Shown here in pieces: positions 52,533-64,000 of a stretch of 64,000 nucleotides of DNA; position 1 is the first letter of the stretch; each line of letters opens with the position of its first letter. The DNA comes from Paraphysomonas bandaiensis. Taxonomy: Eukaryota; Protista; Chrysophyceae. Below the pieces are notes generated by a model. That model did not search any database and was not told the DNA's origin. It saw only the letters and a list, made by a program, of their open reading frames with translations. The position numbers and the translations under genes were made by a program. The DNA lies in assembly GCA_965644295.1 (NCBI GenBank), contig CBFFRP010000342.1, positions 1 through 64,000 on the forward strand, in the 5' to 3' direction.

Positions 52533-53447
52533 TACGAGGGAGTGAGTCCATATGCATGTTCATGAACGCTGTTCATATCAATATATAGTTGGGGTAAACG
52601 AATTCCCATATATGTCTTGTGTATCTTTGTCATCAGTAGGTGTCTCGGTGTAAGATCAGCACTTGCAGAGTGACTGTGTTAGTGTTCTGGGTTGAGTGTA
52701 CATGGAATGCTCTGAGGGTGGAATGCGCAGGTAGCCAACACTGGCCAACAGCGTTACCCCACCGAGAGCTAGACTTCCAGTGACCTGATTGCTAATGTGG
52801 AATAACAAGATCATACATAGCCTTCATATATAAAACATATATGCATGTTACATCCCCTCGTATCGTAAAGTGAAGGGTGGGTGTGGCCGCTGCAAGGCTG
52901 CTACTGTAGTAGTAGGAACGATTCACAATGAAAAAATAGTTGGTTTAACGGTATTGTGGCTAGATGCTATTTTCAATAACAGCTGCTTCAAGCATTTGCG
53001 AATGAGAAATAATCACATCTAGCTGACCACATATTTTATTAATAATCTATACGTTGCTTAGCTTAGTCAACACTAACACTTCACTAAGGTACGCTCTCAG
53101 AATGGGGCAGTAAGCGTGGCAAAGGTATAGGCAGAATGCACCGGGGTCCAAGATGAACTGATGTGGTATCATTGCTGATGAATTGCTGAATAATAAGATT
53201 TGTGTTGGTAATTAGAAGTAAGATATTATGTTTCAGTCTCTACTTTTTAACATACTATGTTGCTATAGAATACCACGTATTTCATGCATGGCATCTTGAG
53301 TGCAGATAAGTAGTTTTACAGGCATATTCCAACAGGTATCGTAACGTAAGAATTGTTAACGATAATACAAGTAAATTTCGTCTAGTAAATAGTTTGGGTG
53401 TGAGTTGTGAACAGTATGATAATGTGGGATCGTTCTTACATTCTTAC

Positions 53448-53568
53448 TAAGGCTGCGTAACAATTAATTAACGCAGGATGCAGTCAATTATTATTGAATT
53501 TATTACTTGTTATTCCAAATTTAATTTTTGCAATTAATTAGAAAGCAAATAATTGTTAAGCAGCCCTG
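53448..53568. mobile_element. 121-bp non-autonomous hAT-type MITE (family 2)
   Basis: Imperfect TIR TAAGGCTGCGTAACAATTA / TAATTGTTAAGCAGCCCTG; flanks ATTCTTAC and ATTCTAAT (6 of 8 match, hAT-like 8-bp TSD). The terminus closely matches the one at 21617. Confidence 0.7.
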
Positions 53569-54050
53569 ATTCTAATTTCTAATCTATTAAAGAGCAAACC
53601 CAACAAACTATTTTTCGTTTTCCGACGATATAAATAGGTCAACAGTATGGTGTCTGGAAGCAAGTAGGTTCATGTTGCCATATTAGAACTTCTATATGAC
53701 CTAAGGTGATCTACAATAGTATAAACTACTGTATTCTGTATTGACTGCGTTTTAATACCTTTTGAACTTAAGGCGTCACTGTGAACTTTTCTATGAAATA
53801 CCTTACGAGTTTCTTAATTCACTAGTGCTATCTTATCAATATATATTGAAAACAATATTAGAATTGAATGTATACTGTACGCTTATTCTCACGATCAATT
53901 GTATTATCACGCATTAAATTTGCTGTTATACAGACGCGAATGAATTCTGTCTTCATTGGTTGGTCGAGAACGTATATAGCACACTCCTCGTGCACACTAT
54001 CAAAAACGATAACTCCTGAAACGTTAATCACAATCTACCTTATTTTGCCT

Positions 54051-55751
54051 TTATTCTACCGTCTTATTGGTACCATAATCTGCAGTAATTCGTGGGCGTA
54101 CTTTCAAAATGACGTGGTCTCTGTCAACGTCAGTTTCATAAGCCATTTTGGTAGAAACAGTCAACGATTCACCAGTTGTCAACTTTTTCACTATCTCGAA
54201 CCCATTATCAGGTACAGGTATTTTGGTGCTTAGATACTTAAACCAATCTTTAGATTGGAAGTGGTGTAGGACAGTAAACGACGCCAATTCCAGTAATTCA
54301 GATGGCAAAGCAAGTGGGGACTGTGAACTGATTATTACTCGTACGCCATTATGCCTCATCAATCGAACAGTATCCACTATGGTCTCAGACAAGCTGTCAG
54401 CCCTGGAGAGATACCTGTGTGCTTCGTCAAACAGTACCACTTTACCAACATCTTCCAAATTCTCATCACGAAATTGCTGCAATAGGACCTGAAAGATTCC
54501 ATTAGCTTCATCTGCAGATAAGAAAGGGTCAGTTAAATCTGCCACCACCAGTACTCCACTCTTGAGTAAACTTATTGGGTCAATGTTCTCTGATATCAAT
54601 ATAGAGTTTTTCTCTGATTCGTCTATAATATTGTATAAAAGTTGGAGGCGTTGTTCCAGTGGTGCTGATTGCGAAGAGGACTTAAATTTTTCCCTAACGT
54701 ATTCAATGAACTTCTCAAACTTAGGTACCTTAGAGACGCGCTGATAGCTTCGTAGTAAGTCTAACATCACGCTTACATACAATTGTGAACTTTCTTTTTC
54801 GAGGCGCATCAGTTTCTTGAGCTGCTCTGCACTAAGGCTTGACCACTTAAACAACAATGGATATACCTCAAACGAAGTGCCTTGATAAAAACGCTTTCGC
54901 TGATGATAATACGTTGGAGATACCAAGATAACCATTCTCTCAACACCAGTTACATTATTCAGATTCATAATTTCTTTGATGTCTTTAATACCCATAGACT
55001 CACACACACTGGTAGAATTCTGATCAAAATGCAAGACCAGTCCACAATGCGGCTTACGTAAACGTGTCACAGGACTATTTTCGGGGTAAGGCATATTGAT
55101 AAAGCAATTCTCCAATAACACATTCGCAGTATGGGATTTACCAGAACCTTGCATACCTACACAGAGCGCACAAAAAGGCTCACTAACATTCAAATACAAG
55201 CGTTCATCATTATATGCTTCATCACCATTGTGTAAACTTTGCTGTGGAGTTTCGTCAGTGGAGTTTTTGATGAGCGTGCCAAAATATCCATAACTACAGG
55301 ATGCTTTACTTTCAATTGATTCACCAAACAACGCATAACCTTTCCCAGCATCAGAATGATCCACATTAGAAATGAGATCATCAAAGAAATGCTTACATAT
55401 GTCCAATATTGGAACTTCTCTTCTGTGGCGTTCACTGACATCCGAAAATGTCACTTCCTGGACCTGATCATGTGGTTGAGGGGGCGGGGAATATCTATCC
55501 CACACAACTCGCACGTTTTTTAGATCTGAACCATCCCACCGTAGACCCGTGCTCTCCCCTTCTCTTTCTATCAGCTTCTTCTTTATGCCGTGATTCTTTC
55601 CAAATAACTTGAACAAGTTAGTCACGCTTATCTTCTGTACATTATTCTTGAGCATGCGAGTAATGAGGATGAGGCAATTCAGAGGATTGAAAGGCATTTT
55701 GTGTGCTATCTTTACAATACTGTGCAGTATATAGATGGATATTATATGCAA
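54051..55751 (-). CDS. HerA/FtsK-superfamily P-loop ATPase, intronless over the catalytic region
   Basis: Walker A GMQGSGKS, VVADLTDP, Walker B VVLFDEAH and arginine-finger/sensor RLMRHNGVRVIISSQSP; true start uncertain. Confidence 0.85.
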   Translation of the reverse strand: MHIISIYILHSIVKIAHKMPFNPLNCLILITRMLKNNVQKISVTNLFKLFGKNHGIKKKLIEREGESTGLRWDGSDLKNVRVVWDRYSPPPQPHDQVQEVTFSDVSERHRREVPILDICKHFFDDLISNVDHSDAGKGYALFGESIESKASCSYGYFGTLIKNSTDETPQQSLHNGDEAYNDERLYLNVSEPFCALCVGMQGSGKSHTANVLLENCFINMPYPENSPVTRLRKPHCGLVLHFDQNSTSVCESMGIKDIKEIMNLNNVTGVERMVILVSPTYYHQRKRFYQGTSFEVYPLLFKWSSLSAEQLKKLMRLEKESSQLYVSVMLDLLRSYQRVSKVPKFEKFIEYVREKFKSSSQSAPLEQRLQLLYNIIDESEKNSILISENIDPISLLKSGVLVVADLTDPFLSADEANGIFQVLLQQFRDENLEDVGKVVLFDEAHRYLSRADSLSETIVDTVRLMRHNGVRVIISSQSPLALPSELLELASFTVLHHFQSKDWFKYLSTKIPVPDNGFEIVKKLTTGESLTVSTKMAYETDVDRDHVILKVRPRITADYGTNKTVE

Positions 55752-55980
55752 CTATATAGTGAGGATAGATGGATACACAGCAACAGCAGTATGGAGTCAG
55801 ACTACAGTCGACAGCAGATGTGATGGCTACTAGCAATAGTCCACTGATTAGAATCCACCCCTGGATAAAGAAGAAATGATTACAAGATACATATATGCAT
55901 GTATGTATGTATGTATGTATGTATCTAGTCGACATCAAGTCACATTATGGGACAGTATCTGTATGATCATACGGCATACA

Positions 55981-56127
55981 CAGTATCTTTTGTGTATTTT
56001 TGTTCAGAGATGCCTCAAATATTGAGACAACAATTATCTGTATTCCAGCCGTAGTTGTATTGCAGTTATATAGAGGATTTCTGCTTCAATTTAATCCCGA
56101 AAAATAAGATGCGGACTGCTGATACGA
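55981..56127 (+). mobile_element. Family-1 MITE copy C
   Basis: Same core; ends in TGCTGATACG; ACA on both flanks. Confidence 0.8.
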
Positions 56128-56467
56128 CACTCACTCCAACATTGGACAACACTGACCTCCGCTGTATATAGCAGTATACCGTGCACTGGTATATCATGCC
56201 GCAGTATATAGATATACATACACTGTAGCTATTGTCCATATGCTGCTGTTTACTAGTATAAGCATCCACATATATGCAACTATCTCTGTGAGTATAATAC
56301 TCCACACTCTCATACAATCACCCCTTCAATCCTTTCTCCCCTCCTTATCATGACCCTCTAGACCCCTCCAGTCTCCTCATATCATACTAATATACGTATA
56401 TATATGCATGTGCAGCATATCTAGATTTGTGCTTTCCTTCATATGCACGTATATACATACTGCTGTG

Positions 56468-56596
56468 CGTATCGGTAATAAATTGAATCAAAACTACTCT
56501 ATACAAATGCAGTATAACTACGGCTGGAATACAGATAATTATTGTCTCAATATTAGAGGCATCTTGGAACAAAAATATACGAAGGATGCCGATACG
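56468..56596 (-). mobile_element. Family-1 MITE copy D (internally shortened)
   Basis: CGTATCGG...CCGATACG termini with the reverse-complemented core. Confidence 0.8.
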
Positions 56597-57152
56597 TATG
56601 CATATACTGGGGTGTCGATTATATAGATGTTCATCGTTTTTTTTTTTCATAAAAAAGTGACTTTTCACTTAAAAATAAGGACTTTACCAAACACTTTTGG
56701 TGTCCCCGTGATCTTGTCGGTGTAAATGTTCTCTAAAAAGCCTTTTTTTGCATCGTTTTTTTGAGAATTTTATGGACCAAAAACCTTCTAATTTTCAAAT
56801 GCTAGGAGTATCAACGTACTCTTGTCCACAATAAAACACGTGTACCAATAAAATGTAATGTAAATTTGTCCCCAATATATACTTTTTACGTATGTATATA
56901 TATACCAAAATTTACGTAAAAATGAAAATTATGGAAAGAGTAAAAAAGAAAGAAAAAGAAATTCTAGAATTATAGACGAGTGTATGTATGTATAGCAGCA
57001 GTATGTACATACGTGTCTATATGTATATGTATATATAGATCACATACATACATATATACACATATATATACATACATGTCCATAGCCACATCATTAATCC
57101 ACATATAGAACCTCATATACATCTTCTCTTCATCTCCTCTCCTTTCCCCCAT

Positions 57153-58122
57153 ATGTTTCCTTCTCTCTTCACCCTCTGGTGTCTCTCTAGCCTCTACATA
57201 TCCTCTATACATGCCTCTGAAGAGCCCAATCAAGTTACCCTCCAAAAATGGCAGTATTGCGCAGGTTGTAAAGCTACAGTTGAAATATTTGCCAATATAG
57301 CCCATAAAGAAATTATTCATATGCAAAAAGAGGGTAAGCCAATAGGAGAAGAACTTAATGCAACTCCGCTCTCTGATAGGCTGTGTGAGAGCCCCATGTA
57401 TGATACGTATGAACCCTTTATAAGATATGCATGCATTAAATTAATGGATGATCATCGTATGGATGTTTTAAATGGATTTGCTGGTGATGCTTCAGTTGCA
57501 TTCAATCTCATGAAAGCGAATATTTATGAGAAGACTAAAAATGTTGGGATTTTTATTATTTATAGTTTTATTACTTATATATACACAGATTTGTATGAAG
57601 GAAACTCGTGCATGTCCATCATATATGTTCCCCGACACGGCTCTGCCTAAGAAAGATAGGTATGAACTTTTTATATTGTAGTGCTTGTGGGTTATCGGGA
57701 TGTGCAGAACTCTCTGTGAAGCATGCCGCATCATGGTCGATGATATGGAAATAATGAAATCTGTTATCCGAAAGGGTCGACAAACGAATGAGGAAGTTGT
57801 TGAGAAGATCTGCCCAACTCTCGGATACAATCATCAGCCGTACAACTGGTTAGTCGGTACGATTGCTGTGAACCTAACGCTTATTTTTTTTTATAGGCTA
57901 GAGACCAATTGTGACATGATAGTGGACGAGTACATGGGTATGAGTTAATAGCATTCCAAGTATACAAATACGCTAATATTTTGAGCAGATGACATTGTGG
58001 AAATGCTGAATATGAGAGACAGGCTTCTGGCAACGGGAATGACTCCTAAACAGACTCTCTCTGAGAAAATTTGCGGCGATTTGCTGAGTTGCGGAACTGA
58101 AAATGAGAAGTATGAGTTGTAG
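57153..58122 (+). CDS. Secretory saposin-like / canopy-like protein with two SapB-type Cys patterns, multi-exon
   Basis: Signal peptide; YCAGCKATVE...LC...YAC...IC...C, then LCEACRIMVDD...IC...NCDMIVDEY...IC...C; C-terminal KYEL before the stop. Confidence 0.7.
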
Positions 58123-58830
58123 TGGTACTTTTGAATTAGCTAGGGACATGTACTAAAATGAACAGGAGAGATAATATTAAATATTCTGTCGCTCAGTCAG
58201 TGACTTTGTGCTATAGTTTTTAATCATTTGTATCCATTCCACGTAGAAGTGTGACACAAGAAACTGGGCGTCGGATGTGCTCTCCCATTGCTTTCTTGTG
58301 TGCACCCAATATTGAAACAACAATACTTATGATGATACTTACTTTTAAATAAAACGGTTAGGGTGTTTTAGTAGTGCAGCAGGTATATACTCATTATCTC
58401 GTTATTACTTCAAGCATATCTGAAGCACTAAGTTCTCATACGACACAATCATCTTTTCACACTAACCGAAACATTTCCACTGCTGTGTTAGAAATTTGAA
58501 ACGTGATGCAAGGGTAATACGTTTCAATATGAGTATTTGCTGTGGTGCTCAGGACAGAGAGTAAAACGGCAACAGACAACAGACTTCACCACTGAGTTGC
58601 TAAGCGATTAAGATCTGTACATCTGTACTATGAGCTGCAGCTGATAAGGTTCGACTTCAGTTCATCAACTATATTCTGCTACCATCATATATGACTAGAG
58701 TACGATATTAAACAATATAACCAGTACAATTAAATACAGACTTATCACAAAATTCTTCCAATCATATTTACATCATTGATCTACCTATCTATAGTATGGC
58801 TAATTACACTCACATAAATGACATACACAG

Positions 58831-61800
58831 CTACCGCTTAGCACTAGGCATGGAACTGGTAACTCTACGAGTAAGCTTAACCTTGGCATCCACCTGTGTG
58901 GTCCTGGCCACCTTGGGCTTCCTATTGATCGAAGGAAGTGAAGTTCCAGGCATACTCTCTCCAACTTTTCCCGCAGTCTCCTCTTTCCGCCCTCCTTCTA
59001 TTCCCGCTGCTATAAGACGAGCGGAGAGTGTTTCTTTACGTCTTTGCTGGCGCTCTTTGAGGGTTAATTTGCCCTTGGACGGGGAGGGCGGAGGGCGAGC
59101 ACCGCTCTTTGGGCGTGCATCCTGTGCTCTGTCCTTAGTAGACAGGGAAGATGCACGATCCACCGAGTGAATTTGTTTGTCTGATTTGTACCCTTTGACA
59201 GGGAGGTTTGCCCCACCCTCCAGGAGTGGAGTAAGAATCATACTGGATGATGATGTAGCGGTGCTTCTTTTGCTTGGTCTCTGCTTGGCCGATGCGGATC
59301 GACTAGATTGAGTCCGACCTGAATGGCCCCTCTTCCCACGCACAGTGTTTTTCCTGCGCTTTCCTCGACTGACGGCTGAAGAACGAGTGTTCCCACTGAA
59401 CACACTATCACCATCACTATCCTGGTGAGCGCTGGCCTCAATACTCCCTCGATCTGTACCAACAGACACAGTTGCCCCGGCTGATGCTTGGTCCAAATCA
59501 ACACTTGTATTGCTTGACCCATCGCCTTCATGGGATTGAGAGTTGTTACCATCCCCCTCATCTTCACTACTACTTTCACTTCCTTCATCATCGCTATCTG
59601 ATGATCCTGAATCTGACCCACTGTCACTGCCACTGCCACTCTCCTCCGGCTCGCTCTTGGTCTGAGATTCCTTATTCACATCCGACCTGCTCACCACTTC
59701 TCCTTTTTCTCCACCATCCGGAGCTAAAACTGCAGCCTCCGATTTCTTGGTGACACTGATCACATCTTCATCGTTCTCCGTCACCTGGATTTCATTCTCC
59801 TTCTCTGCTTTATTAAGTGGCTTCTCCTCAAGCTCCATGAGAGTATGCAGGTCCCCACCTATATCCTTGTCATCATCCTTGGACTTGGTCTGTGATATAG
59901 CAGTTTTTACTGAGGCCACACTTTTCTTTGTCTTGCCGGTGTACTTCCTATTACCAGAGGGATATAGTCGGCGCTTGGGTTGTAAGCGAGAGGATGAGGT
60001 TTGCCCACTTGAATCTGACCCTTTACGCCCACTAACAGGACGTTGCCTGGGAATCTGCCCGTCAGACGATCCTTTTCGAGCAGACGTAGATTCTTCCTTC
60101 GCAACTGCGGACCGCTTCCGTCTAGGCTGGGACACTGTTGGACGAGAGGGAGCAGGACCACCATAGCTAGTATACCAGTCATCTTCAAACAACCAAGTTT
60201 TGTAATCAGAAGGTATTTGCTTTGTTCCCATGGCAGAGACAGACCGACTCATCATAGGCTTGATGGTTGGCGTCGTATCGGCAGTAACCATAGTTTTTTC
60301 AGATGGCTCTGTCGTTGCATGCTTTGGTGGTACCGGTGTCCCAGCTTGTTTACCAGGTTTCAGCTTCAAAACCAAGAACGCAGTGTACATCGTATCTACC
60401 CTCGACAGATCGGATAGATCAGGAGCCTTGGGCCACCATACAGGACTGAAGAACACAAAAGTGAGATATATCGTAACTTTAATTTAATGCAGGGTCTACA
60501 TCATGTCGGTCGAGTTATATTAAAGTTAGGTCAATCTACGAACTCATGTCATACATATACATTAATCCCTCAGCAGTCTGTATGAGATGTCATCTACAGT
60601 CAAAACCAACTTACATGTCTTTAGTCGTTGCATCGAGTGCTTCTTGGCAGTGAATAACATGATCTCTGTGTATTCGGTTGTCTCTCCTCTCCTGCGCAGT
60701 ATTCTTGTTCTCACCAGACTCGTCAAAGGATACCGACGCCTTAGAAGACAAAAGTTCTCCCACACTTCTCTTTGCTGTGTTCTCACATCGCTTGAGGTAG
60801 GCCTCCAGCTATAGCTCTCCATTACAACATATATCACCAAATCACAAGAAACATATGGGTACCTTATCATCCGAAGCAATGTCTGACCACAGCCCGGACA
60901 AGTCATACGGGAGGGCGAAGGGGTTACAGTGAAAAGGGTATGACGTTCCATACCATTGCACTAGCAGCGGAAATTCACTTAAAAAATCGAGGCTGTGAGT
61001 AATATGTTCTAACAAATCTATCCCTCCCCAAGTAATTCGCCAATCATCTCGTCGATCAATGCACGGCTTCAATGTCGGAAGAATCTCACTAGCAACCTGC
61101 TTCATGCGGGCCACTTCGGGTCTTCCCGTCGCATCCACATCAGTTTCAACACCTACTCAGTGCAACTATTATAATCACGCACATATGAAGTCTATATTAC
61201 TTACTAATCTGTATAGTCTCCCTCAACAACATACGCGCCATTGCAAGATCGTGAAGAGAACTCAGAAGGTCTACTGCAGCAGCACGGAAACCCCTCTTAC
61301 CATTTCGTTGCCAATTATCAAATCCCACTCTCGGGGGTACATCATCTCCGAGAGAAGCTGTCAATTCGTCAAAAGCACAGTTGCGATCTGCTTGTAGAAT
61401 TGCGCTTTCATATATTCCAACACATCGCTTCATACATTGGCTGATCTCGCCTCGCAGCGAGTCTAACTTAAGCGCCAGTTGGACAGATTTCCCCTGCACA
61501 CACAATCCTTTCATTCGAATAGCTGCATATAAAAACATAAACTCACCTCGTAGGTGTCTACCGCCTTCTTGGCTCGCAAAATGCGATCTGTGAGTGCCGC
61601 GTAGTCAAGTGTGGGAGTGGTTAAAGCGAGAGCAAGTTGCATTCGTTCGGCAGCTTTCGCAGCGGCTTCCTTGCTGCTTTTCAAAGTAGCCATTTCGATG
61701 CTATTTTGTCGTATCGCCGACACTGTACGTGAATAATTAAATCTCGAAGACTGCTGCAATACCACCCGATAGGGATCAGGCGGTGCGACGAGGTCCTTCC

Positions 61801-62317
61801 GCCTCTCCTTTTCTCTTTGTCGGCTAGCTGGGGATGAAGGCTTACTTTCTAGTTCAGTATCCCATCCTTCCTCATATGAACTAATAATATCAGCAGCTGT
61901 GCGTAAATGTTTCGTACTTGGAACCCATGCAATTGCTTTATCATGTGGTTTCTGTAATATATGAAAGAGATCATATCGTTGTCTCATCTTTGCAACAGCA
62001 AACACAGTCGCTGCTTCCCATTCTTCCATGTTATTAAAATAATAACCAAAAGGAACCTGCAATATTGAAAGAACATCTTTATAATGAACCCATCTGCCAT
62101 CTGATGCTTGTAAACGTAATAAATCATCAAATGGTGATGGTATTGACTCCTGTACAGCAGGGACGGATCGAGTGGGAGGTTGGAGTTTATTCAATCGCTT
62201 TCGATCAGTTGATAAGTGACCCTCTTGAAGAGCTGACGATGTCTCCGGACATGAATGAAAAGCATGATAGAAAGCATCAAAATCAGATGTAATGGAATGT
62301 TTTTTCTTTGATGGCAT
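58831..62317 (-). CDS. Large uncharacterised multi-exon protein with a Ser/Lys/acidic low-complexity C-terminus
   Basis: Long ORFs joined by GT-AG introns (e.g. ~60436-60614). N-terminal LLRLQASDGRW...WEAATVFAVA resembles VIT/VWA5 C-terminal helices; ITWGGIDLLEHITHSLDFL...WYG...NPF looks like a conserved block. Confidence 0.7.
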
Positions 62318-63254
62318 GTTTAAATGTATGTGTCTATGTATGTATGTGTGTGTAGGTGTGTGTTAGTATCATGACGAGGGTGTTGTATGTATGTATGTGT
62401 GTGTGGAGTGGTGTGGTGTGTTGAGGGTAGTGAGAGATATGAGGATGTGATGTGGGGACTATCAGGGTTACAGGAGGGGATTGAATAGACAGTGTGGTGT
62501 TGTTAAGTGGACAGACATCTCATATATATATACATACATACATACATACATAGAGAGACGGCTGCTGTGTGTATATGTGTAGAGATGATGGAGATGTACT
62601 GCTGTACTATACGTACATACATACATACATACATACAGCTGTACATATAGACTATACTCTGCATGGATATAGTAGAGACATGTACTACTGTACTGCTGGT
62701 AGTGTACTGCTCTACACACACTGCAGTATGTATAACTGTTTATATGTTATATACTGCGACACTGCTGTATATATACAGTATATATATATGTACGAACGGG
62801 TTCCAGATTTCAGTTTCTATGAAATATAATAATTTCAGTTTATGTGTCCTCTGAAGATACTCAATGTCCACTCACCAAATTTTGGTGGAGACAAATGTAA
62901 CGGTTTCTGTAGGGCGATTTCTATACACTGTATTCCATAGAAATACATCATAATACAGTAGGTCGTTGGGGAGAATACATTGTAGGGATAGAATACGTCT
63001 GTATATATTTACGGTTACAGAGGTGTGTATATATGTATGTATGAGTGTGTGTGTAGATACATACACATACATACCAGTCACACTCATACATACATAGACA
63101 CACTCACAGGATGCAGTGAGAAACCTTCTTAACATACTTAAACACAACACTACATTGAACTGAATGCATCAGTGATACAGTTACATACATCTAGTCACTT
63201 CATATATCTTTCTTGTATCCTTTCTTTGCCTTCTTTTGCCTATCTGAGTAGCAG

Positions 63255-64000
63255 ATGGCTAACAGGGTATTACCAGTATCAACAAGTGATGCAGTCGATG
63301 AAGAAAATGATTCATCAATTGCAAGAAAACGAAGTGCTTTCTTAGCAGCTAAAAGAAATATGGCTGATAGATGGTCGAAACTAGCATCCATGTTTACATA
63401 TGAGAATGCTCGTAATTTCGCTGTGTGGTTTTTAGATACCGCAAACATCAAATTTTCATTATCGGTAACAATTTTTTTGTATTTATATTAAAACTATTTA
63501 CTAATTTCATTGTTTAGTTTGATGATTTAATGATGATTATGACATTCTTTGTCTTATTTGCTGATGACATTAGATTGTTAACTGCACCGAAATCTGTGGG
63601 TACGTATACGTGACTGCTATTTCTTATCTCTCGTAACTAATGACACTCTTGTAGATGTTGGATTTCAAACAGCCAATTCCATCTGTCTATTTTTCTTTAT
63701 TTTTGAATTGTTGTTAACTACATGGGCTAAAACACATTTAAAGTTTTCTCCTAAAATACATTTGGAAGGATATTGTTTTAGTTTTTTCTTTTGGCTTGAT
63801 TTGATAGCGATTCTGTCAATGTTACCAGACATCAACTGGATTGCTGAGGGCATGGGTATCGCTGGTATTTCTGAGTCTGTATCGAGCACGAATGATAATT
63901 TTTCCAAGGCTGGACGTGTGGTGCGAACTGTCCGTCTTGCTCGGCTCGTGCGCTTGTATAAAATTCAAGCCGAGCGGAACCGCCTCAAGCGTGTGGAGGA
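63255..64000 (+). CDS. Voltage-sensor (S1-S4) membrane protein, likely an ion-channel/adenylyl cyclase fusion; 3'-truncated by the window
   Basis: VLFADDIRLL, FIFELLL, YCFSFFFWLDLIAILS and S4 KAGRVVRTVRLARLVRLYK match the N-terminus of alveolate-type voltage-sensor adenylyl cyclases; the cyclase domain is not visible here. Confidence 0.7.

Noticed and set aside
52590-53180. Possible exons of a partner gene downstream of the ATPase (e.g. VTGSLALGGVTLLASVGYLR on the minus strand)
   Set aside because: I could not assemble a consistent spliced frame or recognise a family; it may be a decayed gene.
52203-56596. Polinton/virophage-like endogenous virus
   Set aside because: Too small; no PolB, capsid, protease or integrase; the ATPase is longer than A32-type packaging ATPases and has HerA-like motifs.

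Overview
Gene-dense nuclear DNA from a flagellated protist. It uses the standard code and short, mostly 45-110 nt GT-AG introns; a stramenopile (chrysophyte-like) origin is my inference. Bases 1-9143 are the 3' part of one tandemly amplified, spliced gene for a type-I membrane polyprotein. It has 577-bp Cys-rich modules and ~3.43-kb units in which an I9-propeptide/S8 subtilisin/EGF cassette sits inside a split NIDO-like domain. Downstream lie a SET-domain remnant, two decayed hAT transposases, a PNKD-type glyoxalase II, a Ser/Pro-rich protein and a KP-43/TagC-type subtilisin. These are followed by CFAP46, a conserved coiled-coil gene, BBS9, UTP18, a WD40 gene, ATG101, a DUF599 gene and a CEP131-like gene. 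Near the end are an intronless HerA/FtsK-type ATPase bracketed by four copies of a ~150-bp MITE, a canopy/saposin-like gene, a large uncharacterised gene and the start of a voltage-sensor adenylyl-cyclase-like gene. Divergent gene pairs show a strikingly constant ~0.9-kb ATG-to-ATG spacing. All family calls come from motif recognition by eye; no database searches were run.
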